DNA from: an uncultured Candidatus Rokubacteria bacterium
GTDB lineage: Bacteria > Methylomirabilota > Methylomirabilia > Rokubacteriales > CSP1-6
Reading direction: 5' to 3'
Length of the DNA: 64,000 nt
NCBI GenBank assembly: GCA_963754315.1
Contig: CAVWFS010000001.1
Span: 192,001-256,000, forward strand
The notes under the pieces are model-generated. The model ran no database searches. It worked only from the letters and a program-made list of their open reading frames with translations, and was not told where the DNA came from. The translations under genes were made by a program, and so were the position numbers. This document shows, in pieces, positions 49,574 to 58,687 of this stretch. Position 1 is the stretch's first letter. The number at the start of each line of letters is the position of its first letter.

Positions 49574-49768
49574 GTGGCTGTCGACATGGGTCCGCTGGCC
49601 GAGCGCGCGCTTCGCCAGTCGCTGATCATTTCCGACGCCGGCCTCGGGATCTTCTTCACACGACCCCTGGCCGCCGTGCTGACCAGCCTGGCCTTGCTGG
49701 CCATCGCGATTCCCGTGGTTCGTGCGGTGCTAGGACGGGTGCTCCCGAGCGCGGCCGCCGCGCGCTAG
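49574..49768 (+). pseudogene. C-terminal remnant of tripartite tricarboxylate transporter permease TctA
   Basis: GPLAERALRQSLIIS.AGL.IFFTRPLAAVL matches the TctA C-terminus; the rest of the gene is absent. Confidence 0.75.
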
Positions 49769-50628
49769 ATCCCCCTGAACCACTGCCCGAAGGCGCGGGC
49801 GAACTGGCCGTCGCCCTCCACCCGGAGCCGGTCGGATTCGATGGCGGCGTCCAGATCGAGACGACCGTACACCAGCAGGATGTAAGTCTCCGTGTCGCAG
49901 CTGAACGTCACCGAGGCGGGCGCGGTCCCGGCGTCGTCGTCCATGCGGACGGTTTGGCCGTCGATGACCAGATCGGGCTTGGCCGGTCCAGGGCCGCTCA
50001 CGCGAAAGCGATACCGAGCGGGTGTGGCGGAGGCCGGGCCTGACCAGAACGCCCAGCGCAGAGAACCGGACGCGATCGATTCGGAGATCGTGGTCAGGAT
50101 CGCAGGGAAGGTTGCCGGCGACATCCGCCCCGGAGGCTCAAGCGTGGCGCGGATGTCCCACTCGTGCACACCTAGCTCCTTGAGCCTGAGCTCGATGAAG
50201 TTCTGTGCCGCCACGATGCCGCCGGCGTGATAGCAGGGCGTGTCACGTTCGTCGGCCTTCAGATCGGTCAGGGTCTGATTCAGGTGGCGCCCGCTGGCCA
50301 CGAAGGTCGTGAGTACCTGATCGCCGAGACTCTTCCGTGCGGCAATCGACCGCTGGGCAATGCTCTCGGCGGCGGAAGCGCCGGTGCTCTGCCCTGCCGG
50401 TGGGCGTCCGGGCGGAGGCGACGTCTCGCCCTTCAGGCCGCGCACGATGCTGCCCGCATAGAATTCGGCTACGCCGACCAGGTGTGCCACGACGTCTGCG
50501 ACTTGCCACTGTGAGCACGCGCTGGGCTGTGACCACGCTGTGGGCGGCAGAGCCTGCAGATACCTTTCCAGGCGCGCTGACTCATCGGTGAGGATGCGGA
50601 GTCGCTCGGCGAAGGTAGACGTGGACAT
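49765..50628 (-). CDS. Maleylpyruvate isomerase N-terminal (MDMPI/DinB superfamily) protein with SCP2-like C-terminus
   Basis: W..PSAC..W.VADVVAHL, RL.EL.VHEWDI, LL.YGR...L.VEGD; RBS GGAGGA. Confidence 0.85.
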   Translation of the reverse strand: MSTSTFAERLRILTDESARLERYLQALPPTAWSQPSACSQWQVADVVAHLVGVAEFYAGSIVRGLKGETSPPPGRPPAGQSTGASAAESIAQRSIAARKSLGDQVLTTFVASGRHLNQTLTDLKADERDTPCYHAGGIVAAQNFIELRLKELGVHEWDIRATLEPPGRMSPATFPAILTTISESIASGSLRWAFWSGPASATPARYRFRVSGPGPAKPDLVIDGQTVRMDDDAGTAPASVTFSCDTETYILLVYGRLDLDAAIESDRLRVEGDGQFARAFGQWFRGI

Positions 50629-50642
50629 ACGGATTCCTCCCC

Positions 50643-51524
50643 TCACTCGTTGCGTTCGGGCAGCAGGCCTTCCGGCCGGTAGACTATCAAAGCGACGAGA
50701 ATGAGTCCGACCAGCATCTGCTGGGCCGCCGCCAGGCGAACTCCGGTGAGAAACGGGATGACGTCCTTCGCAAACCGACTGCCCTCGAGGAGGCCGAGGA
50801 GCACCACCGAGCCGAGCAGCGCGCCTCGATTGTTTCCCGATCCCCCTAGAATGAGCGCCAGCCATACGAACAGCGTCTCCTGTGGCAGGAACATGTTGGG
50901 CTCGATGTAGGCGAGGTAGTGCGCGAAGAAAATTCCGGCCAGCCCGGCGATGGCAGCCCCGACCGCGAAGGCCTGGACCTTGAAATGGAAGACCGACTTG
51001 CCGGCGACCGACGCAACGGTCTCGTCCTCGCGGATCGCGCGCAGAACGCGCCCGAAGGGCGATCGGCTCACCCGCTGGAGCGCCCCGTATACGAGCATCA
51101 CCGCCGCCAGGACGACGGCCAAGTAAAAAAGGTCGTAGTGGCGCCCGAACACGGTGTGCAAGGGGCGCGGGATACCGGTGACACCGTTGGCACCGCGGGT
51201 GAGCCAGGCCTCGTTGAGCAGGAACAGGCGGAGAACTTCCGCGAACCCCAGGGTGACGATGGCCAGGTAATCCTCGCGAAGACGCAAGCTCACCATGGCC
51301 ATCACGATGCCGGCCAGGGCGGCGAGGACGATGGCCGCTGCCCACGCCAAGGGTAATGCCACACCTGCCACCGTGAGAAGGCCGGTTGTATACGCCCCGA
51401 CCGCGAAGAAGGCGACGATACCCAAGTTGACCAGCCCCGTCAGCCCCCACTGGACGTTGAGCCCCAACGTGAGCAGGGCGCGGATGCCGACGAGGGTCGC
51501 AATGGCAGCGAGGTACGAGATCAT
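50643..51524 (-). CDS. Branched-chain amino acid ABC permease (LivM-like)
   Basis: LGLNVQWG.TGL.NLG, LRLREDYLAIVTLGFAE, SPFGRVLRAIREDE. Confidence 0.92.
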   Translation of the reverse strand: MISYLAAIATLVGIRALLTLGLNVQWGLTGLVNLGIVAFFAVGAYTTGLLTVAGVALPLAWAAAIVLAALAGIVMAMVSLRLREDYLAIVTLGFAEVLRLFLLNEAWLTRGANGVTGIPRPLHTVFGRHYDLFYLAVVLAAVMLVYGALQRVSRSPFGRVLRAIREDETVASVAGKSVFHFKVQAFAVGAAIAGLAGIFFAHYLAYIEPNMFLPQETLFVWLALILGGSGNNRGALLGSVVLLGLLEGSRFAKDVIPFLTGVRLAAAQQMLVGLILVALIVYRPEGLLPERNE

Positions 51525-52381
51525 CCGCGGGCGCCCGCGAGCCCAGCTGGCCTGACGAGGAGGACGATCAGGATCACCAGGAAGCCAGTGGCAGTCTTGT
51601 ACGTCGGCGGAAAGATCAGGGTGCCGACTTCCTCGATGACGCCGACGATGAGGGCGCCGGCGAGGGCGCCGGGCGCCGAGCCGATGCCGCCCAGGATGGC
51701 CGCCGCGAAGACGGAAATGATGAGGCCACCGCCCATCAGCGGGTCAACGTTCGCGTCGAGCCCGAGGAACACGCCAGCGCCTCCGGCCAGGGCCCCGCCT
51801 CCGAGAGTGGCCAGCGCGATGACGCGCTCGGTGGGCACGCCTTTGATCGTGGCCAGCATCGGGTTCTCGGCAGTCGCGCGCATGGCGATGCCCAGCCGAG
51901 TGCGAACCAGGAACAGCTGGGCCAGGAGCATGAGAAGGACGGCCACCGCGAGGATCAAGAGCTGCTCGCGCCCCACGCGCAGTCCCGCCCAGTTCATGGC
52001 GCGGGTCATCGGCACGTCGTAGCTCCGGTAGTCGTTGCCCCATACGAAGCGCACCACGTTCTCGAGGACGAAGGCGACCCCTATCGACGCGATGGCCAGG
52101 GCGAAAGGCCGGCGCTGACGCATGGGACGAAAGGCAATGCGATCGACAGCGAGGGCGACGGCAGCGGTGGCAATGAGCGCCGCCAGCCACGCCGCCTCGA
52201 GAGGCCAGGCGAGAGTGCGGTTGAGGGCGAAGGCCACGAAGGCTCCCACCGTGAGGTACGTGCTCACCGCAAAGTTCGGGAAGCGCAGCAGCCGCCACAG
52301 GAGCGAGAAGGCCACGGCGGGTAGAGCCAAGATGCTGCCGGTCACGATTCCGTTGAAGACGTACTGCGCGATCGGCGGCAT
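51521..52381 (-). CDS. Branched-chain amino acid ABC permease (LivH-like)
   Basis: NGIVTGS, TRLG.AMRA.AEN, FAAAILGGIGS. Confidence 0.92.
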   Translation of the reverse strand: MPPIAQYVFNGIVTGSILALPAVAFSLLWRLLRFPNFAVSTYLTVGAFVAFALNRTLAWPLEAAWLAALIATAAVALAVDRIAFRPMRQRRPFALAIASIGVAFVLENVVRFVWGNDYRSYDVPMTRAMNWAGLRVGREQLLILAVAVLLMLLAQLFLVRTRLGIAMRATAENPMLATIKGVPTERVIALATLGGGALAGGAGVFLGLDANVDPLMGGGLIISVFAAAILGGIGSAPGALAGALIVGVIEEVGTLIFPPTYKTATGFLVILIVLLVRPAGLAGARG

Positions 52382-52396
52382 CGGGCGTGAGGTCGC

Positions 52397-53617
52397 TCAG
52401 GGCTCGATGATCGCGATCTGGTCGATCTTGCCCTTCCGGACCTGTTGCACGCTGAAAGGACGGGAGAGGATGTCACCGATCGTGTCGAAGTCGCACGAGC
52501 CCGAGGCGCCCTCGTAGTTGATCTTCTTGCCCTCACGCAAGAGCTTGGCGCCCTCCTCGAATGTGGAGACCGGGGTGCCGGGAGGATTGGAGATCGCTCT
52601 GAGATTGTCCTTGATGACAGTTCCCGACGCTTCCCCCTTGCCGGCCAGAAGGGCCAGGGCGACCAGGCTCATGTGATCCCACGACTGGGGCGCATAGGGG
52701 TTCTGGTCGGCACGGGGCACGGCGGTCGCGAACTGCTTGTAAGCGGGGGTATCGAACGCCGGGGCTGGATCCATCGACCAGATGCCCTCGGCCACCTCCG
52801 GGGTGGCGCTCTCGATAAACTTGGCGTTGATTGCGAAGCTCGGGCCGAGGATCGCCCCCTTGTAGCCTGCCTTGTACAGGTCCTTGGCGAGGACGGAGCT
52901 ATCGGGCGTATACCCCAGCGCCATGATGAGATCGGGGTTGGTAGCGAGTACGCGGGTCACCTCGCTGCGGTATGACGGCTTGTTAGCCTCGTAGATCAGG
53001 CTGTCGGTGATGACGACACCCGCCGGCTTGAGCGTCCCCGTGAACGTCTCGCCGAAGGGGACGGCGAAGGGTGTCTGCAGAGCCATGTAGGCGACCCGCT
53101 TCCATTCCTTCCGGGTCAGCACGTACTTCCCATACATCCGTCCCTGAAGCTTGGTGTTGGGTTGTGTCCGCGCGATGTAGCCGCCGTGGTTGCCCTCAGT
53201 GACGGCGTCCGCTCCCGAGACGCTGATCTCGAAAACCTTGGCCTCGACGCAGAGCGGCTTCACGGCGAGGGTGACCGCCGAAGCCCACGTGGAGAGGATG
53301 GCCACCACCTTGTTGACATCGATGAGCTTGCGGGCGGCTCGCACGGCCGCCTCCGCGTTCGTCTGGCTGTCCTCGTGGAAGAGCTGGAGGGGGCGCCCGT
53401 GAATGCCGCCGCTTGTGTTGATGCGCTCGGCCACGGTCGTCACCGAACGCTGCATATCCGGCCCGTACGATCCGCCCGCCCCGGTCAGCGGACAGAGGGT
53501 GCCGATCGGAATCGGCTCCTTCGATTGCCCGCGAAGCACAGGCGGCCGCCCCAGCGCGCTGGTCGTGAGCACGGTCCCCGAGGCCATGAGCATCTGCCGT
53601 CGCGTCAACACTCTCAT
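52397..53617 (-). CDS. Liv-type ABC substrate-binding protein (Tat signal)
   Basis: MRVLTRRQML signal; IPIG.L.PLTG, IN..GGI.GR, KINYEGASG..DFD. Confidence 0.9.
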   Translation of the reverse strand: MRVLTRRQMLMASGTVLTTSALGRPPVLRGQSKEPIPIGTLCPLTGAGGSYGPDMQRSVTTVAERINTSGGIHGRPLQLFHEDSQTNAEAAVRAARKLIDVNKVVAILSTWASAVTLAVKPLCVEAKVFEISVSGADAVTEGNHGGYIARTQPNTKLQGRMYGKYVLTRKEWKRVAYMALQTPFAVPFGETFTGTLKPAGVVITDSLIYEANKPSYRSEVTRVLATNPDLIMALGYTPDSSVLAKDLYKAGYKGAILGPSFAINAKFIESATPEVAEGIWSMDPAPAFDTPAYKQFATAVPRADQNPYAPQSWDHMSLVALALLAGKGEASGTVIKDNLRAISNPPGTPVSTFEEGAKLLREGKKINYEGASGSCDFDTIGDILSRPFSVQQVRKGKIDQIAIIEP

Positions 53618-53618
53618 G

Positions 53619-54326
53619 TCAGCCTCCCAGATACAGGTGTCGAATCTCTGGATCGTCGAGGAGCGCGCGACCGGTCCCCTCAGCACGTGTCTGTCCCATG
53701 GTGAGCACGTAGCCACGATGGCAGAGCGCGAGTGCGGCGCGCGCGTTCTGCTCCACGAGCACGACGGTGACTCCGCGCCCATTGATTTCACGGACGCGGT
53801 CGAACGTTAATCGCTGGAGAGCCGGGGCGAGACCGGCCGACGGCTCGTCCAGGATCAGGAGGATTGGCTCGGTCATCATGGCCATGGCCAGGGCGAGCAT
53901 CTGACGCTCGCCCCCCGAGAGGGTGGCCGCACGCGCCCGACGGCGCTGGCGAAGGACAGGAAACAGATCGAAGACGGCGTCAGCCCGCTCGGCCCGCGTG
54001 GCGGGAGCGGTGTAGGCGCCCACGGTGAGATTTTCCCCCACGGATAGCGAGGCGAAGACGTTTGCTTCCTGAGGGACGTAGCAGAGGCCGCGGGCGATGA
54101 TCTCGGCCGGGCTCACACCGATCAGATCGTGATCCTGAAACCGCACGGCGCCCTGCCGGACCGGCAGCAGCCCCGCGATGGCCTTGAGCAGGGTGGACTT
54201 ACCAGCGCCATTGGGGCCGATGATGGCGACGATCTCGCCGGGCTCCACGCGCACGCTGAGGCCACGCAGGATCTCCTGGTCGCCATAGCCCGCCACGAGG
54301 TCGCGCACCTCCAGGATCGCGCTCAC
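53619..54326 (-). CDS. ABC ATP-binding protein (LivF-like)
   Basis: [34 protein letters not shown]. Confidence 0.93.
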   Translation of the reverse strand: MSAILEVRDLVAGYGDQEILRGLSVRVEPGEIVAIIGPNGAGKSTLLKAIAGLLPVRQGAVRFQDHDLIGVSPAEIIARGLCYVPQEANVFASLSVGENLTVGAYTAPATRAERADAVFDLFPVLRQRRRARAATLSGGERQMLALAMAMMTEPILLILDEPSAGLAPALQRLTFDRVREINGRGVTVVLVEQNARAALALCHRGYVLTMGQTRAEGTGRALLDDPEIRHLYLGG

Positions 54327-55096
54327 GTGGGTGGCCCCAGATACGCTTCGAGCACGCGGGGGTCGCGCCGGACCTCGGCAAAGGGCCCTTCTACCAATTT
54401 CCGCCCCTGGGCGAGCACGATCACCGGATCGCACAGCTCGGTCACCAGGTCCATGTCGTGCTCGATGAGAACGAAGGTCCGGCCCTGCGCGTGCAGATCG
54501 CGAATGCGCGCAACGAGCGCGCGCATGAGGGTCGGGTTCACTCCCGCGCCCGGCTCGTCGAGCAGGATGATGCGCGGATCCCCCATCAGCAGGCGCGCCA
54601 ACTCCAGGAGCTTCTTCTGACCGCCGGAGAGCGTCTCAGCGCGATCGTGGGCGAGCGGCGCCAACTCCATGAACTCCAAGATCTCGTGCGCACGCTGCGT
54701 GAGGTCGGCCTCCTGGCGCCGAACCCTGTCGGGCGCGGCGAATACGCCAGCCAGCGTCTCGCCACGCTGGTCCTTGGCGTAGACGAGCAGGTTTTCGAGC
54801 ACGGTCATCCGTCCGAGCGGGCGTGGGATCTGAAACGTCCGGCCCACCCCCAGACGGGCGATCGTGTGGCTCCGCAGCCCATCGAGGCGGCGCTTGCCGA
54901 GGTGAATTTGGCCAGCGTCGGGCCCGACGAGCCCGGTGATGGTGTTGAAAAGGGTGGTCTTGCCGGCGCCATTAGGCCCGATGAGCCCAGTGATGGTCCC
55001 TTGTGCAACGGCAAACGTGCACCCGGCCAGGGCCGCGACTCCCCCGAAGCTCTTGCTCACCTCGACTACCGTCAGGAGCGGGTCAGTCGCCCTCAT
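54323..55096 (-). CDS. ABC ATP-binding protein (LivG-like)
   Basis: KSFGGV.AL, GPNGAGKTT, RTFQ, LSGGQKKLLE, LDEPGAGVNP, IEHDM. Confidence 0.93.
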   Translation of the reverse strand: MRATDPLLTVVEVSKSFGGVAALAGCTFAVAQGTITGLIGPNGAGKTTLFNTITGLVGPDAGQIHLGKRRLDGLRSHTIARLGVGRTFQIPRPLGRMTVLENLLVYAKDQRGETLAGVFAAPDRVRRQEADLTQRAHEILEFMELAPLAHDRAETLSGGQKKLLELARLLMGDPRIILLDEPGAGVNPTLMRALVARIRDLHAQGRTFVLIEHDMDLVTELCDPVIVLAQGRKLVEGPFAEVRRDPRVLEAYLGPPT

Positions 55097-56265
55097 GCGT
55101 GGGGGGATCGACGCCAGGCGACCTCGACGTAGGAACGCTCCAGCTCCGACACCGATCCGCACCCGAGCAGCTTCATGGTACGCACAAGGTCCGCGCGCAG
55201 AATGTCGATGGCACGCATGACACCTGCCTCACCGCCCGCCCCCAGGCCGTACGCGTAGGCTCGGCCGATGAGGACGGCACGGGCGCCGAGCGCCAATGCC
55301 TTGACGATATCGCCGCCGCGGCGGATTCCACCGTCCAGCAGCACCTCGGTCTGTCCTCCTACCGCCTCGATGACCTCTGGCAACACGCGCAGAGTGGGGG
55401 CGACGCCATCGAGCTGACGCCCGCCGTGGTTCGACACGACCAGCGCGCTGGCGCCGACGCCCACCGCCCGCCGCGCATCGTCAGCCGTGTGTACACCCTT
55501 GATGACGATGGGGCCACGCCACGCGTCGCGGATCCAGCCGAGGTCGTCCCAGCTGACCGCGGAGGCCTCGAGGGCAAGGCCGACATCCGCGTAAGGCATG
55601 GGGCCGTCTGGCAGCATGACGTTCGGGAAGTGCATGAGCCCGCCGTCGGCCAGAAAGCCCTTCAGCCAGCGCGGGCGGGCCAGGAACTGTCCCACGAAGG
55701 GGGCCATCACCCACGGTCGTCGCGTGAGGAGCTCTTTGGTGCCGCCGCGTAGGTCGCGCTCGCGCATCCCTGACACCGGTGTGTCGATGGTGACCACGAG
55801 TGCCGAATAGCCGGCTGCGCGCGCGCGGGCGATGGTCGTCGTGGCTACCTCACGGCCGCCACAGAGATACAGCTGATACCAGCACGGGCCGCTCGAGGCT
55901 GCCTTCACCTCCTCCAGCCGCGTTCCCGACAAGGTCGACAGAATGTAGACCGTGCCCGTCGCGCCGGCGGCGTGGGCGGCCACGGCCTCGCCGCGGGGCC
56001 AGAACATCCGCGTGCTCCCCACCGGCGCTAGCAGGAACGGCAGGGCAAGGGGATGGCCGAGAACAGTCGTCTGTAGATCGACCTTATGGAGGGCCACCGC
56101 CGAGCGCGGGCGGAAGGTGACGTCGTCGAACACCCGGCAGTTCTCCCGGAGGGTCACTTCCGCGTCGGCACCGCCATCGATGTAGTCGAACACGACGCGA
56201 GGGAGCCTTCGGCCAGCCAGATCCCTGAGGTCGGCGACGTTGAGGGCACGCGCGACACTTGCCAT
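55093..56265 (-). CDS. FMN-dependent alpha-hydroxy acid dehydrogenase (LldD/mandelate dehydrogenase family)
   Basis: RRLPR.VFDYIDGGA, WYQLY, VTID, IKGV, VSNHGGRQLD, DGGIRRG.DIVKALALGA. Confidence 0.95.
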   Translation of the reverse strand: MASVARALNVADLRDLAGRRLPRVVFDYIDGGADAEVTLRENCRVFDDVTFRPRSAVALHKVDLQTTVLGHPLALPFLLAPVGSTRMFWPRGEAVAAHAAGATGTVYILSTLSGTRLEEVKAASSGPCWYQLYLCGGREVATTTIARARAAGYSALVVTIDTPVSGMRERDLRGGTKELLTRRPWVMAPFVGQFLARPRWLKGFLADGGLMHFPNVMLPDGPMPYADVGLALEASAVSWDDLGWIRDAWRGPIVIKGVHTADDARRAVGVGASALVVSNHGGRQLDGVAPTLRVLPEVIEAVGGQTEVLLDGGIRRGGDIVKALALGARAVLIGRAYAYGLGAGGEAGVMRAIDILRADLVRTMKLLGCGSVSELERSYVEVAWRRSPHA

Positions 56266-56303
56266 GGCGAGGAGATTCTAGCGCACCGACCCCGGCGCAA
56301 CCG

Positions 56304-56720
56304 TCAGGCGTCGATGAGGAACACCCGTGTCCGGCGCACTCTCACCCCCTCGGTCGCGTCGCCGTCGACCATCGCCACCGTCACGCGAGCGCCGTGACGG
56401 GCGGTCACGATGACCCGTCGGGCGGAGTCGGGCCCGATGCACCAGGCCCGGTCGCCAACGGCGATCGTGCGGCTCGTCCATAGGCCCACCGCTCCGCTGA
56501 CCACTCGCCAGCGCAGGCGGAGGGCGGACACGGAGGCGAGGGCTCCCAAGATGATAAGGGCGGCCAGGGCAGCCGGGCCCGGAGCAAGGGACCCTGGCCA
56601 GACCATGAGCGCCAGCCACAGGAGGAGCCACCCGGCCAGCGCGTCGAGCCACCGCAAACGGCGTGCCCTTGCGATCCAGCGCTCCACCGGGGCGGGTGTG
56701 GGTCGGATCGGCGTTCGCAT
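56304..56720 (-). CDS. Hypothetical membrane protein
   Basis: Two hydrophobic segments followed by a short basic domain; fits the intergenic space. Confidence 0.55.
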   Translation of the reverse strand: MRTPIRPTPAPVERWIARARRLRWLDALAGWLLLWLALMVWPGSLAPGPAALAALIILGALASVSALRLRWRVVSGAVGLWTSRTIAVGDRAWCIGPDSARRVIVTARHGARVTVAMVDGDATEGVRVRRTRVFLIDA

Positions 56721-56792
56721 GCCCCCATTGTCGCGCAGGGGCGAGCGCCCCTAGGGTATCCTGTCGCGGCGGGAAGGGAGGACTCAGCACCG

Positions 56793-57584
56793 ATGGATCT
56801 CGAGCTCAAGGACAGAGTGGCCATTGTAGGCGGAGCCAGCAAGGGTCTTGGCCGCGCGTGCGCGGAGGTGCTGGCCGCCGAGGGCGCCAAGGTGGTGATG
56901 TGCAGCCGCTCGTCCGGGGACCTGGAGAAGGCCGCCCAGGAAATTCGCGACACCGCGCGCACGGACGTCATGGCCTTTGCCGGCGATCTGGACAAGCACG
57001 ACACCATCCGGGCTCTCATCGATGCCGCCGTCGCGCGGCATGGGCGTCTGGACATCATGATCAACAACTCGGGGGGACCGCCCTTGGCCCGCGCCCATAA
57101 TGCCACCGAGGAGCAGTGGGCGACCGCACTGGAGCGGTCGCTGCTGTTCTTCGCCCGGATGTCGCGCGAGGCCGTGCCCCACCTGAAGCGCTCCGGACGC
57201 GGTCGCATCATCAATGTCCTCGCCAGCACCGTGTACCAGCCCATCCCGAACCTCGTGCTGTCCGGCGTCACCCGTATGGGAGTGGTGGCCTTCGCCAAGA
57301 GCCTGGCCGACGAGGTGGGCCGTGACGGTATCCTCGTCAATAACGTCTGCCCGGGCTTTCTTCTGAGCGAACGGATGCTCTCCAACGTGGCCTCCCGGGC
57401 CAAGGAACTGGGGATTTCGGTCGAGGATGCCCTGGCTCAGCGGTCGGCCGAGACCGCAGTAGGACGCATCGGCGACCCGAAGGAGATGGCCTACTTGGTC
57501 GCGTTCCTCGCCTCTGGCAAGTCGAGCTACATCACGGGGACGACCATCCTCGTCGACGGTGGGCTCGTCCGCTCGGTCCTGTAA
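56793..57584 (+). CDS. Short-chain dehydrogenase/reductase (SDR)
   Basis: GGASKGLG, INNSGGPP, PNLVLS, VNNVCPG, SYITG..I.VDGG. Confidence 0.93.
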   Translation: MDLELKDRVAIVGGASKGLGRACAEVLAAEGAKVVMCSRSSGDLEKAAQEIRDTARTDVMAFAGDLDKHDTIRALIDAAVARHGRLDIMINNSGGPPLARAHNATEEQWATALERSLLFFARMSREAVPHLKRSGRGRIINVLASTVYQPIPNLVLSGVTRMGVVAFAKSLADEVGRDGILVNNVCPGFLLSERMLSNVASRAKELGISVEDALAQRSAETAVGRIGDPKEMAYLVAFLASGKSSYITGTTILVDGGLVRSVL

Positions 57585-57642
57585 CGGGGCCAGCGCTGAT
57601 ACAGGTTCTTGGTCGAGAGGGTCGAGAGCCTAGCGGGCGCTT

Positions 57643-58521
57643 CTAGACCTGCTCCACCGTCGCCGCCGTTCCAGCCACCGTGGTGCGGCGCATGTCGCGC
57701 GGCTGGCTTTCATCATAGCGCCGCACGCGATGCATCATCTGCCGGTTGTCCCACATGACCAGGTCTCCCGGTCGCCACCGGTGCACGTACACGAACTTTG
57801 GCTGGGTCGCATGCTCGTTGAGATCGCGCAAGAGGATGCGCGCCTCGGGCATCGGCATGCCGATGATGGCGCCGGCGTGAGACGAGAGATACAGCGACTT
57901 GCGCCCCGTCACCGGGTGCGTGCGCACGAGCCGCTGGCGGACGGGACGGAACATCGCCAGCTCCTCCTCCGAGTAGTCGACCATCCCCAGCGAGCCGCGG
58001 GAGTACATCAGCGAGTGCTCGCACACCAGGTCCTCGATGGCCGCCTTCGTCTCGTCGTCCAGGGCATCGTGAGCCGCGCGCATGTCGGCGAACTCGGTGT
58101 TGCCGCCTCGGGGGTTCACCACCCGCGCCGACAGGAGCGAGTACTTGGCGGGAATGGCTCGAAAGGAGCTGTCCGAATGCCAGAGCATGTTGCCGAGATT
58201 GAACAATCGCTGGCGGGACGCGCGATCGAGTGGCGCCCCGTCCTTGGCGAGATTCGAGACGTCATTCATTCCGACGGCCAGCCGCCGATCCTCAGGCTTC
58301 GTGATGTTGCCGCCCCGAGCGTTCTCCAGGGCCCCGAAGTTGAGCGAGAACGCCATCTGCTCCTCGTCGGTGATGTGCTGGTCGTGGAACACGAGCACGG
58401 CATAGCGGTCCATGCCTGCCTCGATCGCACCGACCTCTTCCGCCGCCAGTGACTTCCTCAAGTCAAGCCCCGACACCTCACCCACGAACACCGGATGGAT
58501 CTGACGGATCGAGGGCGCCAT
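57643..58521 (-). CDS. TauD/TfdA-family Fe(II)/2-oxoglutarate dioxygenase (TfdA-like)
   Basis: WHSDSSF (HxD), GGNTEFADMRAA, HPVTGRKSLY, WDNR..MHR, RRTT. Confidence 0.93.
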   Translation of the reverse strand: MAPSIRQIHPVFVGEVSGLDLRKSLAAEEVGAIEAGMDRYAVLVFHDQHITDEEQMAFSLNFGALENARGGNITKPEDRRLAVGMNDVSNLAKDGAPLDRASRQRLFNLGNMLWHSDSSFRAIPAKYSLLSARVVNPRGGNTEFADMRAAHDALDDETKAAIEDLVCEHSLMYSRGSLGMVDYSEEELAMFRPVRQRLVRTHPVTGRKSLYLSSHAGAIIGMPMPEARILLRDLNEHATQPKFVYVHRWRPGDLVMWDNRQMMHRVRRYDESQPRDMRRTTVAGTAATVEQV

Positions 58522-58611
58522 TCCTCCAAGCCCCTTCCTCGTGACGTTGCCAGAAGCCTACCGCGAATGGGCCGGGCCCGCCTCAGGTTTCCGCAGCTCA
58601 CCTGGAGTTGA

Positions 58612-58640
58612 TTGACAGATCAGCACGAAATCTCTACTGT
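58612..58640 (+). promoter_or_regulatory. Sigma70-type promoter for the second Liv-type ABC operon
   Basis: TTGACA (58612-58617), 17 bp spacer, TACTGT (58635-58640), 47 nt before the start codon. Confidence 0.7.
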
Positions 58641-58687
58641 GCGCGGGAGCCCACGAGACCTAGCCCTCGCTGCGGAGGGAAACGCCC

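Noticed and set aside
49765..51450. 561-aa ORF
   Set aside because: Only 49765-50628 is coding (own RBS and ATG); the rest is an off-frame overlap with livM.
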